Shown: piece by piece, positions 49,556-58,286 of the stretch
Position numbering within the stretch: the first letter of the stretch is position 1
How the letters are laid out: each line of letters opens with the position of its first letter
IMG/VR virus record: IMGVR_UViG_3300007538_000022
Coordinates: 1 to 64,000 of that record
Reading direction: 5' to 3' (one strand)
Source of the DNA: a virus
DNA length: 64,000 nucleotides
Notes under the pieces: model-generated
What the model was told of the DNA's origin: nothing
Seen by the model: the letters and a program-made list of their open reading frames with translations, nothing else
Database searches by the model: none
Program-made: the position numbers and the translations under genes

Positions 49556-49629
49556 TAGTTTTTGTAAGTTCGATTTAACCGTTGAATTGCTGCATAAATA
49601 TATGTATCAATTTGATTACATTATATACA

Positions 49630-50451
49630 TTAGTACGATCCCCAATTAGATTCTTCTTCGTCGTGTGCTAATTGTGCTTTAGTGGGTTGTATTGGTGAAT
49701 ATTTGTTATCTACTAATTTTCTATTTTTAATGATAGAAGTTTTAAAGAAAAGTGCTTGAATCGGTTCATTATGATGTATGATTCCAGTATTATCAATAAA
49801 ACCATCTATTCCAAGATGTTTTGTGAATAATACAGTTAGTGCAGATGGAATTGACTTTGGTGTTGGTAAATAAGGAATATGCTGAACTGCGTAACAAAAC
49901 GCCCAAAATCTACCACCTGGTAACTTTGATCTTAACGCTGTTTTAAAGACTTTTTGTTTCAACTCGTTTATATATTCTACTAAAAATGATGTATCAACAT
50001 CTTCGATACTAATTTCATAGTCAATTTCTTTCATTTGTGCAAGGTATTGAGTAATCCAAGAATAGATAATACGTTCTTCTATGACTTTGTAGTAATGAGA
50101 AACTTGTTCTTCGGATATTGATGGCAAATCGATAATATTTCCAGAAACTGAAAACAAATTAGCATACGGAGATGTTCCTGCAAATGGTAAAAAATAAGCA
50201 GATTTGCCATCTTTCATAATGTTATATACATATTCAAGTGGATATGCGTATATTCCAACTGGAGTGTTGTATGATGTTTGAGGATTGATTCCTAACTTCT
50301 CAATGTTTGTAAATGAAATAAACGCATTTTTAATAGTCGAGTTAGGCAATGTACCTGCTTTTTCTAAGTAATCTTTAATATGCTGATTAATAGATATTTT
50401 TGGATTTAATATCGAATGTTTTCGTGCTTCTAAGATATCTTTTACTTTCAT
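49630..50451 (-). CDS. Hypothetical protein with capsid-targeting-like leader
   Basis: MKVKDILE|A; KLGINP..NTPVGIYAYPL..LPFAG; late motif upstream. Confidence 0.7.
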   Translation of the reverse strand: MKVKDILEARKHSILNPKISINQHIKDYLEKAGTLPNSTIKNAFISFTNIEKLGINPQTSYNTPVGIYAYPLEYVYNIMKDGKSAYFLPFAGTSPYANLFSVSGNIIDLPSISEEQVSHYYKVIEERIIYSWITQYLAQMKEIDYEISIEDVDTSFLVEYINELKQKVFKTALRSKLPGGRFWAFCYAVQHIPYLPTPKSIPSALTVLFTKHLGIDGFIDNTGIIHHNEPIQALFFKTSIIKNRKLVDNKYSPIQPTKAQLAHDEEESNWGSY

Positions 50452-50463
50452 TACAGTATTTAG

Positions 50464-51171
50464 TTAAATCCAATTATCAATTACCCATTGATCTTTACAA
50501 TTGTGAGGATTTGGATCTCCATGAAACACTGCAATAGAAGTTTCTTTTTTTATTATAGGATCTCCGTTTTTTATAAAATCACGTTTTCCTTTAATTCCTT
50601 TTTCTAACGGAGATTTGTTACGCATTTCCCATTTATAACTTTGTATCCATTCATCGGGCCAAAATTCATAATTCTTTTTAATTGAATATCTAATCCAATC
50701 TTGATCACCTAAAAATCGATTCATTACATTTTTAGGATTTTTCATAAATTCAGTATAAACGTAACTATGCTGTCCTGTTTCTAATCTAAATACACTTGAA
50801 TTAAACTTCTCATAATTTCTAATCACACATCGATTAAAGTCTCGGATAATTAAAAATTCATAAGGATTATATGTAAACAAGTAATTTATATTTTTAAATA
50901 TAATTAGATCTAAATCTAAAAAGAGAATAGTACCTTTTAATACATTATTGGGATTAAACATTAGAGTTTTAAACCACCAACCTGTAATATCATATTCTAA
51001 TGATAGTGGTTCAACTCTAATGTTCTTATTAATTTTAAAGTCGTTGTCAGTAAAACATACAAATTCATGATCCAATGTTAAATTACGTTGGATCATGTTA
51101 TATAATTTGTTTACATACGTTGAGCTATATTTCTCTCCATACTTTAGGCAAACTACATATCTTTTTCCCAT
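50464..51171 (-). CDS. GT-A fold glycosyltransferase
   Basis: GWWFK, LFLDLD (DxD), NSSV, GDQDW, VFHG.P.P. Confidence 0.75.
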   Translation of the reverse strand: MGKRYVVCLKYGEKYSSTYVNKLYNMIQRNLTLDHEFVCFTDNDFKINKNIRVEPLSLEYDITGWWFKTLMFNPNNVLKGTILFLDLDLIIFKNINYLFTYNPYEFLIIRDFNRCVIRNYEKFNSSVFRLETGQHSYVYTEFMKNPKNVMNRFLGDQDWIRYSIKKNYEFWPDEWIQSYKWEMRNKSPLEKGIKGKRDFIKNGDPIIKKETSIAVFHGDPNPHNCKDQWVIDNWI

Positions 51172-51174
51172 GTT

Positions 51175-51810
51175 TTACCCATATCTGCAATGACTTTTTT
51201 TAGTTTCCCATAATTCTACTGCAGATACAGTTGCTATATTACCGATTTTTGATTGTGCATAATCTTTTAAAAATTTACAAATGTTTTCACTTGTAGGACA
51301 AAAATCAACAATAACAAAACTATCACGGTGTAATTGTAAATTTTCATCATCTACCGGAAATTCAGCTCCTAAATGAATAATCTTATTTTTAAGAAAGTTT
51401 TCTTTAATTGCAATATCATACGGACTTACTGTAGTAATTATCATACAATTTGGATCATTAATATCAACCATAAATTTATGATCTAATATTTCATCTAAAA
51501 ACTGTTTCATAAAGTTTAAATTTTTGAAATCAGTTACCATAAACGACTGGTCTAATTCAGATGATGATAACTCAATTTTTACTTCGTATGAATGTCCATG
51601 TAAATGTTTACATGCACAATCTGTTGTTATACTTAAATCCTCATGCTCCAACTTTTGAGACCATACACGATGTCCCATTTCAAAATTAAATGTCTTATCA
51701 ATTGACCAAATCGGCTTTTGTTCCTGTGGTTCAACGTCAGGAGTAACTGGAATATCTTCTACTACTGGCAATTCTACTACTTTTTTTGATTTTTTAAAAA
51801 AACTAAACAT
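51175..51810 (-). CDS. queD: 6-carboxy-5,6,7,8-tetrahydropterin synthase
   Basis: FEMGHR, CKHLHGHSY, LDHKF, PTSENI, WETKKS. Confidence 0.9.
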   Translation of the reverse strand: MFSFFKKSKKVVELPVVEDIPVTPDVEPQEQKPIWSIDKTFNFEMGHRVWSQKLEHEDLSITTDCACKHLHGHSYEVKIELSSSELDQSFMVTDFKNLNFMKQFLDEILDHKFMVDINDPNCMIITTVSPYDIAIKENFLKNKIIHLGAEFPVDDENLQLHRDSFVIVDFCPTSENICKFLKDYAQSKIGNIATVSAVELWETKKSHCRYG

Positions 51811-51836
51811 GATTTATCCTATATTTAAAGTTTAAA

Positions 51837-52094
51837 TTAATCATTACTAAATGATTTACGAATATTTTTTATTTCAGTATATATTTTGGTAATATTTTTC
51901 GACGCAGATGTTAGTATCTTATAAACTTTTAACGTATGAAACAGCGTCCAAGTACACCATATTACTGAAAACAAGGCTGTAGACAATATAAATTTGTCAT
52001 GTAATGTAAATACGTAAAGCCCAACAAAGCATAGTATAACTACAATGTTACTAATAACTACATATTTTTGCCATGTGTGTAATTTTTTGAGCAT
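51837..52094 (-). CDS. Small membrane protein
   Basis: Two hydrophobic segments. Confidence 0.6.
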   Translation of the reverse strand: MLKKLHTWQKYVVISNIVVILCFVGLYVFTLHDKFILSTALFSVIWCTWTLFHTLKVYKILTSASKNITKIYTEIKNIRKSFSND

Positions 52095-52108
52095 AGTATT
52101 ACTATTTA

Positions 52109-53440
52109 TTAAATAGTAATGTTAAGTGCGTCTTTAAGTAAAATTTCTTCAAAAGTAAATGTTCCATATTCTATAATTTTAGAGTGCAAATCTGCAGATT
52201 TAGCATTCAACTTAGCAATTTCTTCCTCAGTTAACGACTTCATTGGGAGAGATAAGAATTTTTGAATATACGGTGTTAACAGTTGATTATATTTTTCTGC
52301 TTGTAAAATAACATCTTGCTCTTTTTTATTGCGTAGCTCAATTTTACCATTAACTACTCCTGATATAAAAATAGACTTTGCTGTAATATAATCTAAATCA
52401 ACTTGCATTTGTTGTAGTACATGTTGCTTTCTTAAATTATTAAATTCAATCCGTTTTTCATACCATGCATTTAATAACTCATCAATTGAATTAAATATAA
52501 TTATTTTATTATCTTCATCTATACAAGTAAAGTTTTCTGTTATTTTTTTTACTAATTTAAGTTTATTAAGAATCCACTCATCGTCTCGTTCGCTAAACTG
52601 TCTATCTACTAGAATTTCAAATAAAAATTCGTCGTTATCTGACAAGTCGTCGTAATCTTTAATGTCTTTATCATCAACTAATTTATCCAAAACTGCTTGA
52701 TATTGTTTTAATGTATATCCAATTGGAAGGGCATCAATTACTAATCTGTGTTTTAACTTTCGATAAAAATTTCCTTTAATAATCCATTGTGTATCTAACT
52801 CTCCTGATTCAACAGTACACTTCATTCCATTCCAATGTGGTGTTAAATTAACTTTAGGTTTTCTAATTTTTGTTCGTTGCTTAACCCACTTTAAGATTTG
52901 TTTTGGATCTCTTGGCAGAATTTTCTGTGCAAATCCAATTGACACACCTTCCGATCCATTAATTGCAATTAATGGTAATACAGGAACGTAGAATCTAGGT
53001 TCAATAGATTCATTTTCAAATAATTGATGATTTAATATTTCATAATCGTCTTTAATAAATATTGATTTAAGAATGGGATTCATTCTTGCAAAAATGTAAC
53101 GTGTAGCTGAAGCATCTGGAATAAACGTACTACCAAAATTACCATCGCCTTCTAATAAAGGTAAATTATTACCCGAACCTACGTAATCCGCAGTCATATT
53201 TACAATAGTACTTTCCAGAGAACCATGCAAGTATTGTGCATAGTCTTGAACTTTAGGACCTAAATTTGATACTTTTACAAATTTATCAATATTTTGTCTA
53301 ATAACAGTGTGAAGTATTTTACGAGAAGCATTTTTTTGCCCATCAATATAACTTCCTAATTTACGAACATTATCATAAACTGAAAATGAAATATATTCAT
53401 CTTTGAAAAAGTCTTCCAATGGTAATGTATGTGTATTCAT
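52109..53440 (-). CDS. Type IIA topoisomerase cleavage subunit (T4 gp52-like)
   Basis: DGQK..RKIL, YLHG, GNFGS..ASATRYI (catalytic Tyr). Confidence 0.92.
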   Translation of the reverse strand: MNTHTLPLEDFFKDEYISFSVYDNVRKLGSYIDGQKNASRKILHTVIRQNIDKFVKVSNLGPKVQDYAQYLHGSLESTIVNMTADYVGSGNNLPLLEGDGNFGSTFIPDASATRYIFARMNPILKSIFIKDDYEILNHQLFENESIEPRFYVPVLPLIAINGSEGVSIGFAQKILPRDPKQILKWVKQRTKIRKPKVNLTPHWNGMKCTVESGELDTQWIIKGNFYRKLKHRLVIDALPIGYTLKQYQAVLDKLVDDKDIKDYDDLSDNDEFLFEILVDRQFSERDDEWILNKLKLVKKITENFTCIDEDNKIIIFNSIDELLNAWYEKRIEFNNLRKQHVLQQMQVDLDYITAKSIFISGVVNGKIELRNKKEQDVILQAEKYNQLLTPYIQKFLSLPMKSLTEEEIAKLNAKSADLHSKIIEYGTFTFEEILLKDALNITI

Positions 53441-53447
53441 TGTTTTC

Positions 53448-55235
53448 CTATATGTGCATTATATTAAATGGAGCTGCTTGTAAAATTTGATCTTTTCTAA
53501 ATGTTGTTGTACTTCCAGAAAACCATTGATTAAACAGTTCTGTATCTGTAATTGAAACTGTAGGTAACATACTTGCTAAAGTATCAATTGCAATAATATC
53601 TTTTAAATCTCTTTCACTCCATGAACCTAATCCTTTTTGATATTGTATATCTAATTTGTTATCTAACTTTGACACGTCGCTAAATGTATATGCCCACTCT
53701 TTAACTTTGTTATTCTTTTTTCCAATAGCAATCGGAGTTCTTAGAATTTTAAGGAGTCCGTTATTTAAATGGTCTGGAAAAAACTTAAACATAAATAACG
53801 CCACTAAACCTCTAATTCTAGAGCCGTCTGCATCTGCATCAGTTGCGATACAAATTTCTGCTTCTGGGAAAGTAGTTATAATAGCATACAACTCAGATAG
53901 TTCTTTGTTAGCCATAAACTTTTGATGGGACACTTCTAGAACGTTTAGTGGAACTCCTTTCAACGCATAAAATGCGTTACCTTTCCTACCGAGACACTTA
54001 ATAAGACCGCCCGAAGCTGAGTCACCTTCAACAATTAGTATACGTTTTGTGCCACCAATTGCAGGAAAGTATTTATCAGACGCTATTTTCTTTTTCTTTT
54101 CTAGCTTATTAAGATCTTTTTTAGCAGCTAATTCTTCCTGTAGCCTAGTGTACGCACAAATTTCATCAATTAATTCTTCATTAGTTAAAAGCTTTTTTAC
54201 TATCTTCGTTACATCAAACTCGCCAATCGCATCTCGACACTCTGTAGCGGAATTTGTAATTCGTTCTTTTGTTTGTGAATCAAATTTTAATGCAGGGAAA
54301 TTATTAATAATTGCATGAACTCTTAAATGTTGTTTCAATCTAGCAGCAGTAATATCAACTTTCTTTTTCTTTTTTAATACTTCCCTAAATTCGGAAATAA
54401 CAGCATTTGTAAAGTAGTCAATGTGTGTACCTGCTTTAATGCCTAATCCATTAACTACTGAATATGTTTGAAATGCTCCATCTGATTTTGTAATACCAAA
54501 CAATGCTTTTTCTGTTTGAAACTGATCGCATTTTCCAAAAAAGTCTTCAAATTTTACTTTAACTACTTGGTTATTAAATTTGAATTTAATTGTATCAAAC
54601 GCTAATGCTAACGATTTTACACGTTCTTCGATCATTTTAACATGATCTTGATCTATATTTGTAATACCAAAAAAACTATAATCTGGTTTAAATTTAACAG
54701 TTGTACCTTTATGCGACGATGCTTTAGTGTTAACTGTCTTAATTTGACCTCGTGAACCAACTAATTGAACTTCTGTAGTACCATCAGAAGATGTTGCATG
54801 AAACATTTCCGTTGTTACAAATGTAATCATTGATCCTACGCCATTCATACCAATTGATTCTCGATTAGAATCATCAAAATTTGATCCTGCTCTTGCCCTA
54901 GTAAATGCTGCAACCATTTGGTATTCTAAACCGTCTGGAGTTTCAATTTTATTGCTGGGGATCCCCCTTCCATTGTCAGATACTGTAACTATGCCATAAT
55001 TATCTATAGTAATATCAATTTTATTAGCATATTTGCGATTAGTTCTTACATGTTCGTCTACCGAATTATCTATAATTTCATTAATAATCTTTAGTAATCC
55101 CCCAACAATATTTACTTTTGTAAATTCAGCATCTGCAAACACTGTTTCTTCTTGAGAAACTTGACTTCCTCCATACATAGAAAATCTCTTTCTAATATGG
55201 GAAGCGTCACTTAAAATTTTAAAATCATTATTCAT
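53448..55235 (-). CDS. Type IIA topoisomerase ATPase/TOPRIM subunit (gp39+60-like)
   Basis: EIIDNSVDE, DNGRGIP, GMNGVG, VEGDSA, TDADADG, KGLGS. Confidence 0.93.
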   Translation of the reverse strand: MNNDFKILSDASHIRKRFSMYGGSQVSQEETVFADAEFTKVNIVGGLLKIINEIIDNSVDEHVRTNRKYANKIDITIDNYGIVTVSDNGRGIPSNKIETPDGLEYQMVAAFTRARAGSNFDDSNRESIGMNGVGSMITFVTTEMFHATSSDGTTEVQLVGSRGQIKTVNTKASSHKGTTVKFKPDYSFFGITNIDQDHVKMIEERVKSLALAFDTIKFKFNNQVVKVKFEDFFGKCDQFQTEKALFGITKSDGAFQTYSVVNGLGIKAGTHIDYFTNAVISEFREVLKKKKKVDITAARLKQHLRVHAIINNFPALKFDSQTKERITNSATECRDAIGEFDVTKIVKKLLTNEELIDEICAYTRLQEELAAKKDLNKLEKKKKIASDKYFPAIGGTKRILIVEGDSASGGLIKCLGRKGNAFYALKGVPLNVLEVSHQKFMANKELSELYAIITTFPEAEICIATDADADGSRIRGLVALFMFKFFPDHLNNGLLKILRTPIAIGKKNNKVKEWAYTFSDVSKLDNKLDIQYQKGLGSWSERDLKDIIAIDTLASMLPTVSITDTELFNQWFSGSTTTFRKDQILQAAPFNIMHI

Positions 55236-55255
55236 GTAATTTCCTTGATAAGAAG

Positions 55256-55429
55256 TTAGAGTGAACTATGTTGTTCTGTATGTTCACTATCGTTATTAGT
55301 TGATTTCATTTTTTTGTAATAGATAATGCAGAAAGAACATTTTCGGTCACTTCCCTCAAGTCTATTAATTAACTCACTAAGGGACGGGTAGTCTTCTTCT
55401 GATATATTTCTACATGTACATGCTATCAT
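55256..55429 (-). CDS. Bfd-like small Cys-motif protein (57 aa, not in track)
   Basis: MIACTCRNIS..RKCSFCII; ATG abuts upstream stop. Confidence 0.6.
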   Translation of the reverse strand: MIACTCRNISEEDYPSLSELINRLEGSDRKCSFCIIYYKKMKSTNNDSEHTEQHSSL

Positions 55430-55636
55430 TTATTCAGGTTTTTTAAACATTGCGGAATTTTTGCAGGTAACAGTGCTATAACTAATTGTGCTAATTCCTT
55501 CGTTCTTTTCACAAACAGAAGTAGCCCATTCAATATCTTTAATAGTAATTTCATTATTTGAAATGGTCATTCCAACCATTACTGCTAAACTACAAATTAT
55601 AATAATAGCAAGTATAATATCAGTCATTAATTTCAC
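55430..55636 (-). CDS. Small membrane-anchored protein
   Basis: N-terminal TM, two C-terminal Cys. Confidence 0.6.
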   Translation of the reverse strand: MKLMTDIILAIIIICSLAVMVGMTISNNEITIKDIEWATSVCEKNEGISTISYSTVTCKNSAMFKKPE

Positions 55637-55668
55637 CTTTTATTTTTTATTAAAACATATATGTATAT

Positions 55669-55697
55669 ATTATATAGCATTTTTTTACTTCTGTCAA
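55669..55697 (-). promoter_or_regulatory. Consensus sigma70 promoter
   Basis: TTGACA-17 nt-TATAAT upstream of topoisomerase operon. Confidence 0.8.
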
Positions 55698-55728
55698 GCT
55701 AAATAGTTAATACTATACAGGAGTACAA

Positions 55729-56571
55729 ATGTTATCACTAAAACAACTATTAATAGAAAAAATTATATTAAGTAATGAAATTTTTTCTAAAATCGAACGA
55801 GCAGTAGACAAATGGTTTAATATAGTTAGTAATGGTCAATTAAGTGTTCAGTACGATCGGCGAGATCGAATTAAAGAAGAAAAAGGGAAACTTGAAATCC
55901 TACGCAAAACCCTTCATCCTACTATTAACAAAGTATTAAAAGATAATTTAAATTTCATAAAAGATCAACACTATTTAGGTCATAAGTTACGACTAGTTAT
56001 TAATACTAATACATTTGCAGACGATGTTTCAGTTTCTGGGTGGTTTTCAAAAAAACCTTTCAAATTGAGCAAATCACCGCACAGTTTAGACTACTTTCTA
56101 GTATGTGAGCTATATCTCGAGGTTCCACAAAAAGTTAACAAGAATACTACCCGTGATGAATTAATATCAGTAATTTCACACGAACTAACTCATTTGATTC
56201 AATTAGCTCGAACTAAAAACAAAGACCACCAAATAACTGCTAAACCTAGTAATCTAAAAAATTCTGACAACGACACTAACTACTTAGCATTAAGATATGA
56301 AATTGATGCATTTGCACAATCTGTTGCTTCTGATATCATTTTACATGCAAAACAGTTTGACGATCCTTATCAAACTGTTCAAAATCAATTAACTGCTGTG
56401 AAACATGGTTTAGACAGCCTATTTGGTAAAAAAATAATCCCTAGTGATAGCTATCATACATACAAGAAAAAGTTTTCAAATATTAAAGATGATCGTAACC
56501 GTACTGCTGTTTGGAAAATATTTAACAAAAAATTGTACGAAAAATTAGTTAATTGGTTAGAACATAATTAG
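55729..56571 (+). CDS. HExxH zincin-like protein, paralog 3
   Basis: ISHELTHLIQ, YLALRYEIDAFAQS; AGGAG RBS; TAAATA at 55700. Confidence 0.7.
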   Translation: MLSLKQLLIEKIILSNEIFSKIERAVDKWFNIVSNGQLSVQYDRRDRIKEEKGKLEILRKTLHPTINKVLKDNLNFIKDQHYLGHKLRLVINTNTFADDVSVSGWFSKKPFKLSKSPHSLDYFLVCELYLEVPQKVNKNTTRDELISVISHELTHLIQLARTKNKDHQITAKPSNLKNSDNDTNYLALRYEIDAFAQSVASDIILHAKQFDDPYQTVQNQLTAVKHGLDSLFGKKIIPSDSYHTYKKKFSNIKDDRNRTAVWKIFNKKLYEKLVNWLEHN

Positions 56572-56831
56572 CTCGAGTGAATTACTTTGTTATATTCGTC
56601 ACGCATTTGTTCAAATTTTAAATGCTGCTGACATACTGATTTTAAATATTCATGTGCTGATTCAACTGCTACATCAATTGTTAAATAGCCTGACATGGAA
56701 AAATTATTAAACTCGAAAAAAAATTTAATTTCTCGATTAATACATACACCTAATTTAAAATTATGTATATTATCGTCATATTTGTTTAATAGTGCTATCA
56801 ATTGATTAATTTGTTGTTCCTTAGATTTCAT
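56568..56831 (-). CDS. Hypothetical protein
   Basis: 87 aa ORF. Confidence 0.6.
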   Translation of the reverse strand: MKSKEQQINQLIALLNKYDDNIHNFKLGVCINREIKFFFEFNNFSMSGYLTIDVAVESAHEYLKSVCQQHLKFEQMRDEYNKVIHSS

Positions 56832-56837
56832 TCTATA

Positions 56838-57551
56838 TTATTCCCAGTATTTTCTATTATCTAAATTAGTCCAGTACGTTTCATTATTGCGATTTATGAA
56901 ATTTTTAATAAGATATATAGTCATTCCAAGATATCCCATTTTCTTAAATCGTCTGCTATCCTGTCCAAAATAGTGGTTGAGAATTTTGAATTTCTTAGGA
57001 TTATACATTCTTGATAGAAAAAAATCTTCACTAGTAGAATATTTTGCAGGAAAGCCGCCTAAGTTATCAAAGATTGTTTTTCTAGTAAGCATAAACGCTC
57101 CTACAGCAAATGGGACTTTATATTTCATAATATTATTAATAACATTGAAAATTTTAAATCCTATAATAGTTCTAAAATCATTATCATAACATTTAATGTT
57201 TAATCCGACTAAATCTAAATTTTTAGTTTCTAGTGCTTGTACTGCATCGTATATTGTATTAGAGTTAAAGAAAATAACATCAGCATCTATAAAAAGTATA
57301 TAAGGAGTTTTAACTAATGCTGCACCATTATTCTTAGCAATTGATACAGGACCACCTTGAATTACTTCAACCCGTAAATCACCTTTATATTTTTTAATTA
57401 TTTCTCTAGTATTATCCGTCGAAGCATCGGCAATAATAATACGAACTCCTTCTATTTCTTTTTGTTTTTTTAAACTATTTAAAAGATTGTGAATATAATC
57501 TCTTTCATTTTTACACGGTACAACAATTGTTATTTTATTTGCTAGAGTCAT
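56838..57551 (-). CDS. Family 2 glycosyltransferase
   Basis: ITIVVPCKNE, IADASTDNT, AKNNGA, LFIDAD, GGF..SED; start at Met19 of track ORF. Confidence 0.88.
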   Translation of the reverse strand: MTLANKITIVVPCKNERDYIHNLLNSLKKQKEIEGVRIIIADASTDNTREIIKKYKGDLRVEVIQGGPVSIAKNNGAALVKTPYILFIDADVIFFNSNTIYDAVQALETKNLDLVGLNIKCYDNDFRTIIGFKIFNVINNIMKYKVPFAVGAFMLTRKTIFDNLGGFPAKYSTSEDFFLSRMYNPKKFKILNHYFGQDSRRFKKMGYLGMTIYLIKNFINRNNETYWTNLDNRKYWE

Positions 57552-58278
57552 AGTAAATTTCCCAAGTGCCATCTGTATGTTCAAGTAAGGCTGTGGCACT
57601 TTCAACCCAATCTCCGTCGTTCATATATAATACACCATTAATTTTTTTAATTTCTGCATGATGTATATGTCCACAAATTATTCCATTATAATTGTTCTCA
57701 ATGCAATAATCTGCAATATAATTTTCATACTTATTGATAAAATTAACAGCTTGCTTAGTATTATCTTTAAGCCATTTGCTTAAACTCCAATACTTTAATC
57801 CTAAAAGTTTTCTAATCGAATTAAAATGAATATTCACCCATATTAGTAATTCATACAACGTATCGCCTAAGTGCATCATCCACTTATACTTATCTATCAT
57901 TAATTTATCAAATATATCTCCATGAACTACAAGGTATCTTTTATTATCAACACCTGTATAGTCGTAGCTGTTTATAATTTGAATACTTCCTATGTTAATG
58001 TCGTAGTTTAAAAATTTACGAATTCCCTCGTCATGATTTCCGATAATATAATAAACATTAGTACCTTTTTTTGCTAATGTTAATATACGTCGAATAACAT
58101 TAGCATGCGATTGTGGAAAGAACCATTTTTTTCGTAATTTCCACCCGTCAATTATATCACCTACTAGAAATAAATTATCAGATGTATTATTTTTCAAAAA
58201 AAGACACAAAGCATCAGCTTGACAACCCCGTGTTCCTAAATGAACATCTGAAATAAAAATACTTTTATAATGTTTCAT
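57535..58278 (-). CDS. PlcP/LpxH2-type metallophosphoesterase
   Basis: FISDVHLG, LVGDIIDGW, GNHD, HGD.FD, WSLS, CGHIH, YMNDGDWVES. Confidence 0.82.
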   Translation of the reverse strand: MKHYKSIFISDVHLGTRGCQADALCLFLKNNTSDNLFLVGDIIDGWKLRKKWFFPQSHANVIRRILTLAKKGTNVYYIIGNHDEGIRKFLNYDINIGSIQIINSYDYTGVDNKRYLVVHGDIFDKLMIDKYKWMMHLGDTLYELLIWVNIHFNSIRKLLGLKYWSLSKWLKDNTKQAVNFINKYENYIADYCIENNYNGIICGHIHHAEIKKINGVLYMNDGDWVESATALLEHTDGTWEIYYDSSK

Positions 58279-58286
58279 AATTATTT

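Noticed and set aside
57535-58278. Lipid A enzyme LpxH
   Set aside because: GNHD rather than GNRD and pairing with a glycosyltransferase favour PlcP/LpxH2; not fully excluded
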